Positions 19,626 to 28,697 of a stretch of DNA of 64,000 nt are shown piece by piece. The DNA lies in assembly GCA_040758355.1 (NCBI GenBank), contig JBFLWF010000001.1:160001-224000 (forward strand), written 5' to 3'. Position 1 is the first letter of the stretch; the number at the start of each line of letters is the position of its first letter. Made by a program: the position numbers and the translations under genes. Under the pieces are notes generated by a model, which saw nothing but the letters and a program-made list of their open reading frames with translations, was not told the DNA's origin and did not search any database. Origin of the DNA: Nitrospirota bacterium. Lineage in GTDB: Bacteria > Nitrospirota > Thermodesulfovibrionia > Thermodesulfovibrionales > Dissulfurispiraceae.

Positions 19626-20858
19626 CTATATTTTTAATAGTATATATAAAATTTTGTCTACCTCGTCTATGAGCTTCTTAAATAACCCTCCATGACTCTT
19701 TGAGTTTCCAAAAAGCTCTGTCCGCATTTCCTGTATTTCAGGGTCATCACACTTTTCGTATGTAATATGCCCGTTCTGCATTGCATATCTTTCTAAAATC
19801 AAGAGTCGTTTTGCATTTTCTATAAATGGCATTAACAATTCTTTTATTTTGTTTAAATCTGACTGCTGACTGCTGACTGCTGACTGCTGTTTTTTAATTA
19901 TTTCCGCAATCTCTTTTATCATGGCGTATAATGTGCAGTATTCGAGTCCCCTTACTCCCCTCCGCCACTGCAAAAGCATGGGATTTCTCCAGAACCAGAG
20001 AAAGTTGCGAGTGCCGAGTGATATTAAATCATCGACTGCTGATTCAAGGTCGGCAAGAATAGATGGAGCAATGGAGTAATAGAGTGATGAGTTAAGTTTC
20101 TGGGCTTCTTCTGACTTTTGACCGGAGAGGTATTCCCAGAGATTTTTTAAAACCCTTGCTCCGTTTGTGTCGTCTGGTGTATCAAAGTGTATTAATGATA
20201 AAATTACTTTGCCTTTTCCGAAACTTCCCTCCACCACTGAAGGCGCATCTTTTAATCTCCGGGGATTCAGATTGATTTTATAAATATCTTCCAATTCCGA
20301 CCAGCCGCCGTTGGCTTCCACATCTCCTACATTCAAATCCGAACTGAACGAGTCGGAAAGTGCATCTCCATAAGTGGCGAGTATTTTTATGGGCGTATCA
20401 TCGACTAAAAATTGTGAAGGCCACCATGCGTGAAAGATAGCTGATGGAGTGATGGAGTGATGGAGTGATGAGTTCCATATAGGATGTCCATTTACATTCA
20501 GATGAATACGGCCGCTGAAGCTCGGCACCCTCTGTTTTGTGGGCATCCTGTTTATATTTAAAAGCCCTATACCATCAAGCGTTGCAAGGCCTGCTCCTCC
20601 GCAGAAACCCAAATAATTACCGCCGCTATTCACAAAATTCTTTATTTCGCCGATGCCCTTTTCACCGAGGGTTTTCATCTTATTCGATGCCCATCCACCG
20701 GGCACAAAGAGCATCCTGTAATTTTTTAGTTCTCCTTTCTTTATATCATCTGAACGGATAAGTTCAAAAGAAAGATTACAGGCCTTCAGAGCCTTATATG
20801 ACATCAATCCCCAAAGAAACGATTCGTCCCATAGAAAAGCAATTGTTTTATTTACCAT
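19626..20858 (-). CDS. BPL_N / class-I glutamine-amidotransferase-like protein of unknown function
   Basis: LFVPGGW, NYLGFCGGAGL; translationally coupled within the cob operon. Confidence 0.7.
   Translation of the reverse strand: MVNKTIAFLWDESFLWGLMSYKALKACNLSFELIRSDDIKKGELKNYRMLFVPGGWASNKMKTLGEKGIGEIKNFVNSGGNYLGFCGGAGLATLDGIGLLNINRMPTKQRVPSFSGRIHLNVNGHPIWNSSLHHSITPSAIFHAWWPSQFLVDDTPIKILATYGDALSDSFSSDLNVGDVEANGGWSELEDIYKINLNPRRLKDAPSVVEGSFGKGKVILSLIHFDTPDDTNGARVLKNLWEYLSGQKSEEAQKLNSSLYYSIAPSILADLESAVDDLISLGTRNFLWFWRNPMLLQWRRGVRGLEYCTLYAMIKEIAEIIKKQQSAVSSQQSDLNKIKELLMPFIENAKRLLILERYAMQNGHITYEKCDDPEIQEMRTELFGNSKSHGGLFKKLIDEVDKILYILLKI
19859..19889. repeat. (CTGACTG)n array, in frame
   Basis: Encodes QQSAVSSQQS. 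Confidence 0.9.
20062..20092. repeat. 8-bp (ATGGAGT[G/A])n array, in frame
   Basis: Encodes SSLYYSIAPS. Confidence 0.8.
20442..20473. repeat. 8-bp (TGATGGAG)n array, in frame
   Basis: Encodes SSLHHSITPS. Confidence 0.9.
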
Positions 20859-20882
20859 TACTCCAGCACTCCATTACTCCAC
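20855..20882. repeat. 8-bp array supplying the cbiG-cbiH stop and the next ATG
   Basis: Minus strand tggagtaa tggagtgc tggagTAA TGg. Confidence 0.85.
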
Positions 20883-22696
20883 TTTTTTTCATAACCCCTC
20901 GGTGTAATCATATAGTTATTCAATGTAAATGTCTGAGAGTTTCCTATTATCACTGTTGTCTGCATGTCGATCTCGTAATTGAGCATGTCCCTCAGATTTG
21001 CGATAATAATCCTTTCATTTTCTCTCGTTGCACCCTTTACTATGCCTACAGGTGTTTCGGTGCTCCGGTGTTTGAGGAATATAGCCCTTGCCTTATTGAT
21101 ATGCTCAGGCCTTCCCATGCTTTTGGGATTATAGAGGACTGTTACAAAATCAGACATCGCCGCTGCTGCAAGCCTTTTCTCAATCAATTCCCACGGTGTG
21201 AGTCTATCTGAAAGGCTTATTACTGCGAAATCATGCATGAGCGGCGCGCCGAGCCTTGCTGCGCAGGCATTCAGGGCAGATATACCGGGGATGACTTCTA
21301 CAGCGATGCGTGATGCATTACTTCCTTTTATCTCATTACGCATTACGGATAACGCATTACGGTCTTTAAGTATCTCAAACACCAGCCCTGCCATGGCATA
21401 TATTCCTGGGTCTCCGCCGCTTATGACAGAAACGGTTTTTCCAGACAGTGCAAGCTCAACTGCCTTTTTGCACCTGTCAATTTCCTGCGTCATGCCGGTG
21501 GATACAACCTCTTTGTCTTTGATCAGTTCCTGTATCAAATCGAGATATGTTCCGTATCCAACAATAACATCTGACTTTCTTATGGCATCCTGTGCATAGG
21601 GGGTTATATGTTCAATGCTTCCGGGCCCGGTGCCGACAATGTAAAGCTTTGGAGTGATGGAGTGCTGGAGTATTGGAGCAACTAATTCAGCAACTGCGAT
21701 TGTCACATTTCCGATTTTCTGCTTCGGAACAAGCAACTCCGAAGCGCCTGATGCAAGGAGCGCCGCAGGCTCTGAAACAGCATTTGCGCCTGTTGCCTTA
21801 AAGACTGCCTCTGATTTAGCCATGCCTTCAACTGAGTTTAGTTCTTCAGCCTTAAAGCCGGTAATTGTAAATCCATACCTTTGGGCGAATTTGATCAAGC
21901 CATCTTCTTTACACTTTATGTCAATAGTTGCGAGGGAGTGAATGGACAGAAACGAGAGATTATTATTTTTAAGTACAGCCTTGACTGCTCCTTCTATCTC
22001 TTCTTCTGATGTCCCACTGTTGCATCCGATGCCTACAATAAGATTTTTAGGGCGAAGATAAAGCTGTCCTTTTACGCGGCATGAGCCTGTCGAACATTCT
22101 GCGGATGAGCATTGAGGTTCTTTTAAATAAATATCTTTTTTATTTGTTATGATCGCATCTGCAAATCTGGGCTCGCTTACCTTGAGAAATTCATCAGGCA
22201 GAGATATTTCTATTTCTGAATATACGCGCAATGCGCCATTGTTAAGGTATCGCGTGGCAACATGCGGCATTATCTCCCAGTCTTCGATAGCGAGACTATT
22301 TTCTGATACCCATATATCTATCGCAGTCAGGTTATTTACATCGGATGCGGTTGTTATAATTGCTTCGCCTTTCAAAAAATTCGCAATCTCTTTTGCCAGT
22401 TTGTTTCCTCCGCCTAAATGTCCGCTTAAGAGGCTTATGGCATATTTCCCTTTTTCATCGAGAACAACAACTGCAGGATCTATTTTTTTGTCTTTTATTA
22501 AAGGCGCTATAGTCCTTACCACAATGCCTGTTGCCATGATAAATATGAGATTTTTGCATTCATTCCATATCTCAGGAACAACTTCTGATTTGAATTTTAA
22601 AATTTGAGTATCCTTATAAAGACTTTTAAGCCTTTCAGCGAGCTTCAATCCATTTTCTGTTATATAAAATATTGCGGTTTTATTTTCTATATTCAT
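20858..22696 (-). CDS. cbiG-cbiH: CbiG-CbiH(CobJ) fusion: cobalt-precorrin-5A hydrolase / C17-methyltransferase
   Basis: DPAVVVLDE..SLLSGHLGG, VGIGC; then LYIVGTGPG, SGGDPGIY, ISLSDRLTPW, YNPKS, ITPRGY. Confidence 0.92.
   Translation of the reverse strand: MNIENKTAIFYITENGLKLAERLKSLYKDTQILKFKSEVVPEIWNECKNLIFIMATGIVVRTIAPLIKDKKIDPAVVVLDEKGKYAISLLSGHLGGGNKLAKEIANFLKGEAIITTASDVNNLTAIDIWVSENSLAIEDWEIMPHVATRYLNNGALRVYSEIEISLPDEFLKVSEPRFADAIITNKKDIYLKEPQCSSAECSTGSCRVKGQLYLRPKNLIVGIGCNSGTSEEEIEGAVKAVLKNNNLSFLSIHSLATIDIKCKEDGLIKFAQRYGFTITGFKAEELNSVEGMAKSEAVFKATGANAVSEPAALLASGASELLVPKQKIGNVTIAVAELVAPILQHSITPKLYIVGTGPGSIEHITPYAQDAIRKSDVIVGYGTYLDLIQELIKDKEVVSTGMTQEIDRCKKAVELALSGKTVSVISGGDPGIYAMAGLVFEILKDRNALSVMRNEIKGSNASRIAVEVIPGISALNACAARLGAPLMHDFAVISLSDRLTPWELIEKRLAAAAMSDFVTVLYNPKSMGRPEHINKARAIFLKHRSTETPVGIVKGATRENERIIIANLRDMLNYEIDMQTTVIIGNSQTFTLNNYMITPRGYEKKWSNGVLE
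21303..21362. repeat. Inverted pair (CGTAATG)n / (CATCACG)n in frame in the cbiH domain
   Basis: Encodes RNALSVMRNEIKGSNASRIA. Confidence 0.85.
21650..21680. repeat. 8-bp (TGGAGT..)n array forming the CbiG/CbiH linker
   Basis: Encodes APILQHSITP. Confidence 0.85.
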
Positions 22697-23435
22697 GCTT
22701 AAAATCCTTGTTATAGAGTTTTGATTCCTTGCCTAAAGAACTCTCCGACGCCATTAATGATTTGCCTATATAAATTAATGCGGTCTTTTTAATACCAGCA
22801 TCTTTCACCATCTCGACAATATCTTTCAATATACCTTTCAGAATTCTCTGCTCAGGCCATGAAGCCTTTTCAATGACTACAACTGGAGTATCTTCGGGAT
22901 AGCCCTCCAAAAGCTCATCTTTTACTTTTTCGACCATTCCCACACTCAAAAAAATCACCATTGTTGCTTTATGCTTTGCCAATTCGCTCAACTTCTCGGT
23001 TTCGGGAACAGGCGTCCGTCCTTCCATGCGTGTAAATATAACGGTTTGGCTGATTTCGGGTATGGTGAGTTCCTGTCCAAGTACAGCTGCACCTGCCATT
23101 GCTGAAGATACGCCGGGAATGACTTCGTATTCAATATTTAATCCTCTCAACCGCTCTATCTGCTCTGATATGGCGCTGTAAAAGGATGTGTCGCCTGTGT
23201 GCAGCCTGACAACTGTTTTCTTGGCTGCAATGGACTTTTTAATAACTTCTGTTGTCTCATCGAGTGTCATGCTTGCAGAGTTATATATCTCTGCCTTTAT
23301 GCCCTTTAATAATTCAGGGTTAACAAGGCTTCCTGCATAAATAACGACATCAGCGTTATCGAGCAGTTTCCTGCCTTTAATGGTTATCAGTTCAGGGTCT
23401 CCCGGCCCTGCGCCTATGAAATATACCTTACTCAT
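22680..23435 (-). CDS. cbiF: Precorrin-4 C11-methyltransferase
   Basis: VYFIGAGPGDPELITIKG, YAGSLV, ELTIPEISQTVI, KASWPE, SKLY. Confidence 0.95.
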   Translation of the reverse strand: MSKVYFIGAGPGDPELITIKGRKLLDNADVVIYAGSLVNPELLKGIKAEIYNSASMTLDETTEVIKKSIAAKKTVVRLHTGDTSFYSAISEQIERLRGLNIEYEVIPGVSSAMAGAAVLGQELTIPEISQTVIFTRMEGRTPVPETEKLSELAKHKATMVIFLSVGMVEKVKDELLEGYPEDTPVVVIEKASWPEQRILKGILKDIVEMVKDAGIKKTALIYIGKSLMASESSLGKESKLYNKDFKHEYRK

Positions 23436-24181
23436 TTCTTGATTATCACCACCGAAAAATAGTTGAGGTCGCCTTCCTTGATGTCCCTTATATTTTTGAA
23501 TATCTTTTCATCATCCATGCCTGCCCGTGAGACATAAACTGCATTATTCGTTAGATTCATTTCATTAAGAATAGTTAGAACCCTATCAAAGACCCTGTGA
23601 ACCTTCATGAGAACGATGGTGTCAAACCTCTCCAGAGTCTCTTTTATGTTATCAGTGTAGGTTGCAGGAAGGATGGCGATTTTTTCATCAGCAAGGCTTA
23701 AGGACAGGTTTGCCCTTGCTGCTGCGGTATTTATGGATGACACGCCCGGAATTATTTCTATACTGAGTTCAGGATTGAGTTCGAGGAGCTTGTCGTATAA
23801 ATAGAAAAATGTGCTGTAAATGGTGGGGTCTCCGATAGTTATGAAAGCCATATCAGTGCCTTTATTCAACCTGCTGTAAACCGTCTCGATTGTTTCCTGC
23901 CATTTGGTATCAAGCATGCATAAATCATTTTTTTCTTTCTGACCGCTGACTGCTGACTGCTGACTGCTTTTCGTTTTTCTCATGGGAAAATGTGCTTCGA
24001 TAATCTCTTTGCCGTCGAGATTCAATGCCTTTTCCACAATGGATAATGCCATGCTGCTGCCTTCTTCCCTTCCCTTTGGAACGCAGATGCATTGAACCTC
24101 TTTAAAGATTCTCACTGCCTTCAATGTCAACAGTTCAGGGTCTCCGGGACCGACTCCTATGACATAAAGTTTTCCTGTCAT
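23432..24181 (-). CDS. cbiL: Precorrin-2 C20-methyltransferase
   Basis: GVGPGDPELLTLKA, FPM, TIGDPTIYSTF, VLMK, YFS. Confidence 0.93.
   Translation of the reverse strand: MTGKLYVIGVGPGDPELLTLKAVRIFKEVQCICVPKGREEGSSMALSIVEKALNLDGKEIIEAHFPMRKTKSSQQSAVSGQKEKNDLCMLDTKWQETIETVYSRLNKGTDMAFITIGDPTIYSTFFYLYDKLLELNPELSIEIIPGVSSINTAAARANLSLSLADEKIAILPATYTDNIKETLERFDTIVLMKVHRVFDRVLTILNEMNLTNNAVYVSRAGMDDEKIFKNIRDIKEGDLNYFSVVIIKK
23939..23968. repeat. (CTGACTG)n array in frame in cbiL
   Basis: Encodes SSQQSAVSGQ. Confidence 0.9.
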
Positions 24182-25458
24182 CTTTCACCTTTTATCACAA
24201 ATACTGGATTCAATGCGCTCATGTGTCTTTTGCCTGCTATATCCTTTGATCTCGATACGGATATCTCAGAGACTTCTGGCTCGAATCCATTGCTTTCAAG
24301 GTGTTGGATTGCCTCATTCAAAGTCTCTATGGTTGTGGCATTTATGACAATATGTTTGCAAGTCATGCTGGAGATAAAATCTATTATCTCTTTGAGTCTT
24401 CCGCTACTGCCGCCAACAAACACCCTGTCGGGAGATGGAAGGTTTATCAAGGCATCAGGGGCTTCACCGCTTATTATTTCAATATTAAGTGAGTTAAATC
24501 TCTCCTTATTTTCTCTGATATGGTTAATTTGTTCTTTGTCTTTTTCGACAGCAAAGACCTTCAATTCCGGATATAATCTTGCAGCCTCTATTGATACAGA
24601 GCCGGAGCCTGCGCCGATATCCCAGAATACGCCCCTTTGCGGAAGCCTTAATTTATGTATCGTCACCGCCCTTACTTCGTCTTTTGTTATCAGTCCTTTG
24701 GAGTGGGAAATCTCGGTCTCTTTTAATCCAAAGGCGGTAGCTGATGACTGACTGTTGATGGCTGACCGCTGAATTATTACCACATTCGGCTCTGAAAACG
24801 TCATTCCTGCAATCTCTTCAGGCGTGCCTTCTGTAATTTTCTCATCTTGGTAACCCAGCCTTTCGCAGACATACATAACAGGCAATAGGCTATGGGCAAT
24901 AGGCGATAGGTTAAGGATTTTGGCTATTTCTGAAGGATTGTTTTCTCTGTCTGTAAGTATGGCGACTTTATTATGTCTTTGCAGTAAAGATGGAATATCA
25001 TTTATCGTATACGGCAATCTTCTTCTCTTTTCCGGATCAGGACCTCCGTGAAGACTCATTAAAAATGCATCGTCCCACGGCTCTTTTATCCTTGAAAATG
25101 CAATCTGAACGCTCGATAAATCAGGCAATATCTCAACCATGTCTCTCCCAAATTCTTTAACTGCCCTTCTGCCTATTCCAAAGAACATCGGGTCTCCGGA
25201 GGCGAGAAGGACGACGGGGAATGATGGGGTGCTGGAGTGTTGGAGTAGTGAGTGAATGAATTCAATTGTCTCATTCACATTATTAATTACCTTTACCTTA
25301 TCTTTAACTGCCTCAAATTCATCATAGCCTTTAAAGACTTCAAAGAGTCTGTTGGATGCAAGGATAACGCCTGCACGGGAAATAATCTCCCGTGCTTTCT
25401 TATCAAGTGGCTTATAGCCAATGCCTATTACATAGAGTTTATTACTCATTATTGTCAT
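24178..25458 (-). CDS. cbiET: CbiE-CbiT (CobL) bifunctional methyltransferase/decarboxylase (start may be 25449)
   Basis: ASGDPMFFGIG, SLHG, ERLG..E, GLITKDEVR, WDIGAGSGSVSIE. Confidence 0.93.
   Translation of the reverse strand: MTIMSNKLYVIGIGYKPLDKKAREIISRAGVILASNRLFEVFKGYDEFEAVKDKVKVINNVNETIEFIHSLLQHSSTPSFPVVLLASGDPMFFGIGRRAVKEFGRDMVEILPDLSSVQIAFSRIKEPWDDAFLMSLHGGPDPEKRRRLPYTINDIPSLLQRHNKVAILTDRENNPSEIAKILNLSPIAHSLLPVMYVCERLGYQDEKITEGTPEEIAGMTFSEPNVVIIQRSAINSQSSATAFGLKETEISHSKGLITKDEVRAVTIHKLRLPQRGVFWDIGAGSGSVSIEAARLYPELKVFAVEKDKEQINHIRENKERFNSLNIEIISGEAPDALINLPSPDRVFVGGSSGRLKEIIDFISSMTCKHIVINATTIETLNEAIQHLESNGFEPEVSEISVSRSKDIAGKRHMSALNPVFVIKGER
24740..24772. repeat. (GCTGA..)n 7-bp array forming the CbiE/CbiT linker
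   Basis: Encodes QRSAINSQSS. Confidence 0.8.
24880..24910. repeat. (AGGCAAT/AGGCTAT)n array in cbiE
   Basis: Encodes LSPIAHSLLP. Confidence 0.85.
25218..25260. repeat. 8-bp (TGGAGTG.)n array in cbiE
   Basis: Encodes HSLLQHSSTPSF. Confidence 0.75.
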
Positions 25459-26221
25459 GGGCCCTCAAAATATATGTCTCCATTATCCAGCCGTTATTCT
25501 TTTTTGCCTCATTCCTTGTCCTTATAATCTCATCGAGGACTTCCTTTAGTCTGCCAGAAATGAGAATCTCTTCTCCTGTTCCGAGATAACCACCCCAGTA
25601 AATATGGAGGTCTGCATCCGTAAAGTTTCTGTAAGTTAGATAATTATCCAGCAGCACCACACTATTTTTAACATCATCAGGATGAATCTCTTTCAGTCTC
25701 CTGCCCGTAGTGATAAGGATACTCTCGCCAATGAAATTCAGGGGAATCTTATGCCTTGCTGTCAATACCTGCATGCTTGTTATTCCTGGTATAACTTCAA
25801 ATTCGAAATCTACCCGTCCTTCTTTAAGGATATAATTGAGTATCTCTGTATGGCCGTCATAAAGGGAAGGATCGCCCCAGATGAGAATGGCGCCTGTTTC
25901 ACCATCAGTTATCTCCTGTTTTATTAAGGTAGATATAATCTCTGCCTTTTGTTTTCTCCATGAGGCGACCTTTTCTTTATAGACCTCTAATTCCTTGCCA
26001 CCCTTTTTTCTTTCAGGAATCTTTACTGTCATAACCCTGTATCTTTCATCGGGCAGATACCTTTGTAATATCTCCTTCCTGAGTTTAACAAGGTCTTCGT
26101 TTTTTTCAGACTCCTTCTCAAGAATAAAAAAGACATTTACCTTTTTTAATGTATTTATAGCCTGAATCGTGAGATGTTCAGGATTGCCGGTACCTATGCC
26201 GATAAGATATATTTTTTTCAT
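25442..26221 (-). CDS. cobF: Precorrin-6A synthase (deacetylating)
   Basis: IGIGTGNPEHLTIQAI, LIWGDPSLYD, VIPGITSMQVLTARHKIPLN, ITTGRRL, IYWGGYLG, GWIMETY. Confidence 0.85.
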   Translation of the reverse strand: MKKIYLIGIGTGNPEHLTIQAINTLKKVNVFFILEKESEKNEDLVKLRKEILQRYLPDERYRVMTVKIPERKKGGKELEVYKEKVASWRKQKAEIISTLIKQEITDGETGAILIWGDPSLYDGHTEILNYILKEGRVDFEFEVIPGITSMQVLTARHKIPLNFIGESILITTGRRLKEIHPDDVKNSVVLLDNYLTYRNFTDADLHIYWGGYLGTGEEILISGRLKEVLDEIIRTRNEAKKNNGWIMETYILRAHDNNE

Positions 26222-26248
26222 TTTATCCCCTTTTTGTCAGTCTATTTG

Positions 26249-26767
26249 TTAGTGTTCAATGCCCCTTCTCGCTTTTACGCCTTTTTTGTAGTAATGCTTT
26301 ATTTCCTTCATTTCCGTTACAAGGTCTGCCATTTCTATAATTTTCTCATCGGCATATCTGCCTGTAAGAACAACCTCCATGCCTGAAGGCCTGGAATTTA
26401 ACAAATCCACAATGTCTTCGACATTCAGGAGTTTGTAGTGCACTGCGACATTTATCTCATCCAGCACCACCAGGTCATAGGTTTTAGATGAAATTATGTT
26501 TTTCACCTCTTCAAATCCTTTTTGGGCTGCTTCGATCTCTGATTGCGTCGGCTTTTCGCCCTTTATAAATCCTGTCCCGTATTGTTTGACGGTAATCAGG
26601 TCTTTAAACCTATCCAGTGCCTTGTGCTCGCTGCATCTCCTTTTCTTAATAAACTGCGCAATGAATACTTTGAGTCCTGCGCCTGCTGCCCTCAATGCGA
26701 GACCAAGGGCTGCCGTAGTTTTTCCTTTGCTGTTGCCGGTGTAAACCTGTACGTACCCTTTACGCAT
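26249..26767 (-). CDS. cobO: Cob(I)yrinate adenosyltransferase CobO/BtuR
   Basis: QVYTGNSKGKTTAALGLALRA, LDEIN, LTGR, ADLVTEM. Confidence 0.95.
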   Translation of the reverse strand: MRKGYVQVYTGNSKGKTTAALGLALRAAGAGLKVFIAQFIKKRRCSEHKALDRFKDLITVKQYGTGFIKGEKPTQSEIEAAQKGFEEVKNIISSKTYDLVVLDEINVAVHYKLLNVEDIVDLLNSRPSGMEVVLTGRYADEKIIEMADLVTEMKEIKHYYKKGVKARRGIEH

Positions 26768-27611
26768 ACAACCTCGCTATCTCTCTTCTTGCCTCGCCGA
26801 TGGTGAGAGGGATTCTCTCAAAGGGCATATTATCCTCATGCTTTAGCTTGTAAATTAGTTCCGCAATCTGTGGTAGCCTGAGTTTGACATTTGACATATC
26901 CTCCGGCGCTGTGAAGACATCCTCGGGAATGCCTCCCCTCGCAACACGACCCCTGCTTAAAATATAAAGCCTGTCGAGGAATAATGGGACAAGGTCAACG
27001 CTGTGTGTAGCCATGACAATGGTTACTCCATTTCCCTTGTTCAGCTTTGTGAGGAGATTCATCATTTTATACTCTCCCATGGGATCCAATCCTGCAGTGG
27101 GTTCATCAAGGAGCAGTATCTCATGCCCCATAGCAAGAAGCCCTGCAATGCACACCCTTTTCTTTTGCCCGAAGCTGAGGTTGTGAATGGACTTTTTTGC
27201 ATATCCATCCATCTCCACATATTTAAGGGCATTATTAACTCGACTGACAACCTCATTTTCTGAAAAGCCCATATTTATCGGCCCGAATGCCACATCTTCG
27301 AATACTGTTGCAGCAAAAAGCTGGTCGTCAGGGTTTTGAAAGACAAGACCAGCCTTTCTATATATCTCTTTTGGAGATAGTTTTTTAATATTAGCTCCAT
27401 CAAGGAGAATATTTCCCTCAAAGTCCTTAAGCAGTCCGTCCATTATCTTTAATAATGTTGTTTTCCCCGAACCGTTTGAACCCAGTATGCCGATGAATTC
27501 ACCCCTTTTTATCTCAAGGCTTATGTCAGACAGGGCTGTTGTCCCGTCAGGATATTTAAATGAATTAATATTTACAGATAGTCTTATCTGACTGCTTTTT
27601 ATATTTTCCAT
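26760..27611 (-). CDS. cbiO: Cobalt ECF transporter ATPase
   Basis: GSNGSGKT, VFQNPDDQLF, LSFGQKKR, LDEPT. Confidence 0.93.
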   Translation of the reverse strand: MENIKSSQIRLSVNINSFKYPDGTTALSDISLEIKRGEFIGILGSNGSGKTTLLKIMDGLLKDFEGNILLDGANIKKLSPKEIYRKAGLVFQNPDDQLFAATVFEDVAFGPINMGFSENEVVSRVNNALKYVEMDGYAKKSIHNLSFGQKKRVCIAGLLAMGHEILLLDEPTAGLDPMGEYKMMNLLTKLNKGNGVTIVMATHSVDLVPLFLDRLYILSRGRVARGGIPEDVFTAPEDMSNVKLRLPQIAELIYKLKHEDNMPFERIPLTIGEARREIARLYA

Positions 27612-28366
27612 ATAAATCCCATTGCAGTTATGAATAGCGCCGAGACAATAACTTCAGCCGGTTTGAAGGGCTTATGCCTTAACATCGGGATATTTCCGTC
27701 ATAGCCCCTTTGAATCATTGACACTGTGATATTGTGGCTGTGCTCAAATGCCTTGAGCATCAGGGATCCGGCGAGGGTGCCGAATGAGCCGAGTCCACGC
27801 CTTATGTTTGAGTAACCGAGGCGATTTTTCTGTGCATTATAAATGACCATTGCATCCTCAAAGAGAACAAAAATATATCTATATGCAAACATCAATACCT
27901 CTATAAAACCTTTTGGAATTCTCAGCCATGAAAGTCCTGCGATAAATTCCGTAAACGGCGTAGAAAATCCCATTACAGCAACAATGGAGACCGCGCCCAG
28001 GATTCTGATTGCAATCATCAACCCATCCATAAGTCCGTCTTTATATCCTGTTAAAGTGAGAAGTGAGAAGTGAGAGGTAGGAAGCGAGATGGAGAAAAGC
28101 ACATCCTTCCCTGAAAAAAATAATTTCAGGAGGATTATTATCGATGCAATGAAGACCGGCTCTGAAAATCTTAATAAAAAGACCTTCAACGGTATTCTCA
28201 TCCACATGCAGAGAAAGAGGCATATTGATGTTACGAACAATGGAAGGGCAAAGCCCTTATAGCTCAAGACCATTACAAGAATGGCAAGGCTGACAAGTAT
28301 CTTTACCCTCGAATCGATCTTTGAAAGGATATGTTCTTTTTTGAAATATTCAGAAAATAGTTCCAT
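27599..28366 (-). CDS. cbiQ: Cobalt ECF transporter T component
   Basis: IDSRVK, YRYIFVL, AQKNRLGY, MIQRGYDG. Confidence 0.92.
   Translation of the reverse strand: MELFSEYFKKEHILSKIDSRVKILVSLAILVMVLSYKGFALPLFVTSICLFLCMWMRIPLKVFLLRFSEPVFIASIIILLKLFFSGKDVLFSISLPTSHFSLLTLTGYKDGLMDGLMIAIRILGAVSIVAVMGFSTPFTEFIAGLSWLRIPKGFIEVLMFAYRYIFVLFEDAMVIYNAQKNRLGYSNIRRGLGSFGTLAGSLMLKAFEHSHNITVSMIQRGYDGNIPMLRHKPFKPAEVIVSALFITAMGFIWKI
28054..28089. repeat. (AAGTGAG)n array in frame in cbiQ
   Basis: Encodes SLPTSHFSLLT. Confidence 0.85.
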
Positions 28367-28370
28367 GCCT

Positions 28371-28697
28371 CTATTTGTTTCCTGTAACCTGTATTCTTGC
28401 TTCTGATTTCCGGCTTCTGCCCTCTGTCAGTGACCTCCAATAATATCCTGCTGCAAATCCTCCTACTGCACCTGCGAGGAGAAAGACAAAGAGCAGCAGG
28501 TCTCCCTGGTCTGTGTTTATCAATGGTTCTTTTGCCTCCCTGCCATGCTCCTTTGCGAATTTCTCTATTACGGATTCGTCAACGCCGGACCATTTGTCAG
28601 AGGCAAAAACAACAGTGAATAGTGAACAGTGAATAGCGAACAGTAAGAAAACAATCAAGAAAATTTGAAATTTGAAATTTGAAATTTGAAATCTCAT
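28371..28697 (-). CDS. CbiN-like cobalt transport accessory protein
   Basis: WSGVDESVIEKFA..GR..INTDQGDLLLFVFLLAGAVGGF; lies between cbiM and cbiQ. Confidence 0.8.
   Translation of the reverse strand: MRFQISNFKFQIFLIVFLLFAIHCSLFTVVFASDKWSGVDESVIEKFAKEHGREAKEPLINTDQGDLLLFVFLLAGAVGGFAAGYYWRSLTEGRSRKSEARIQVTGNK
28611..28694. repeat. (AATAGTG)n plus (GAAATTT)n arrays encoding the CbiN-like leader
   Basis: [25 protein letters not shown]. Confidence 0.92.
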
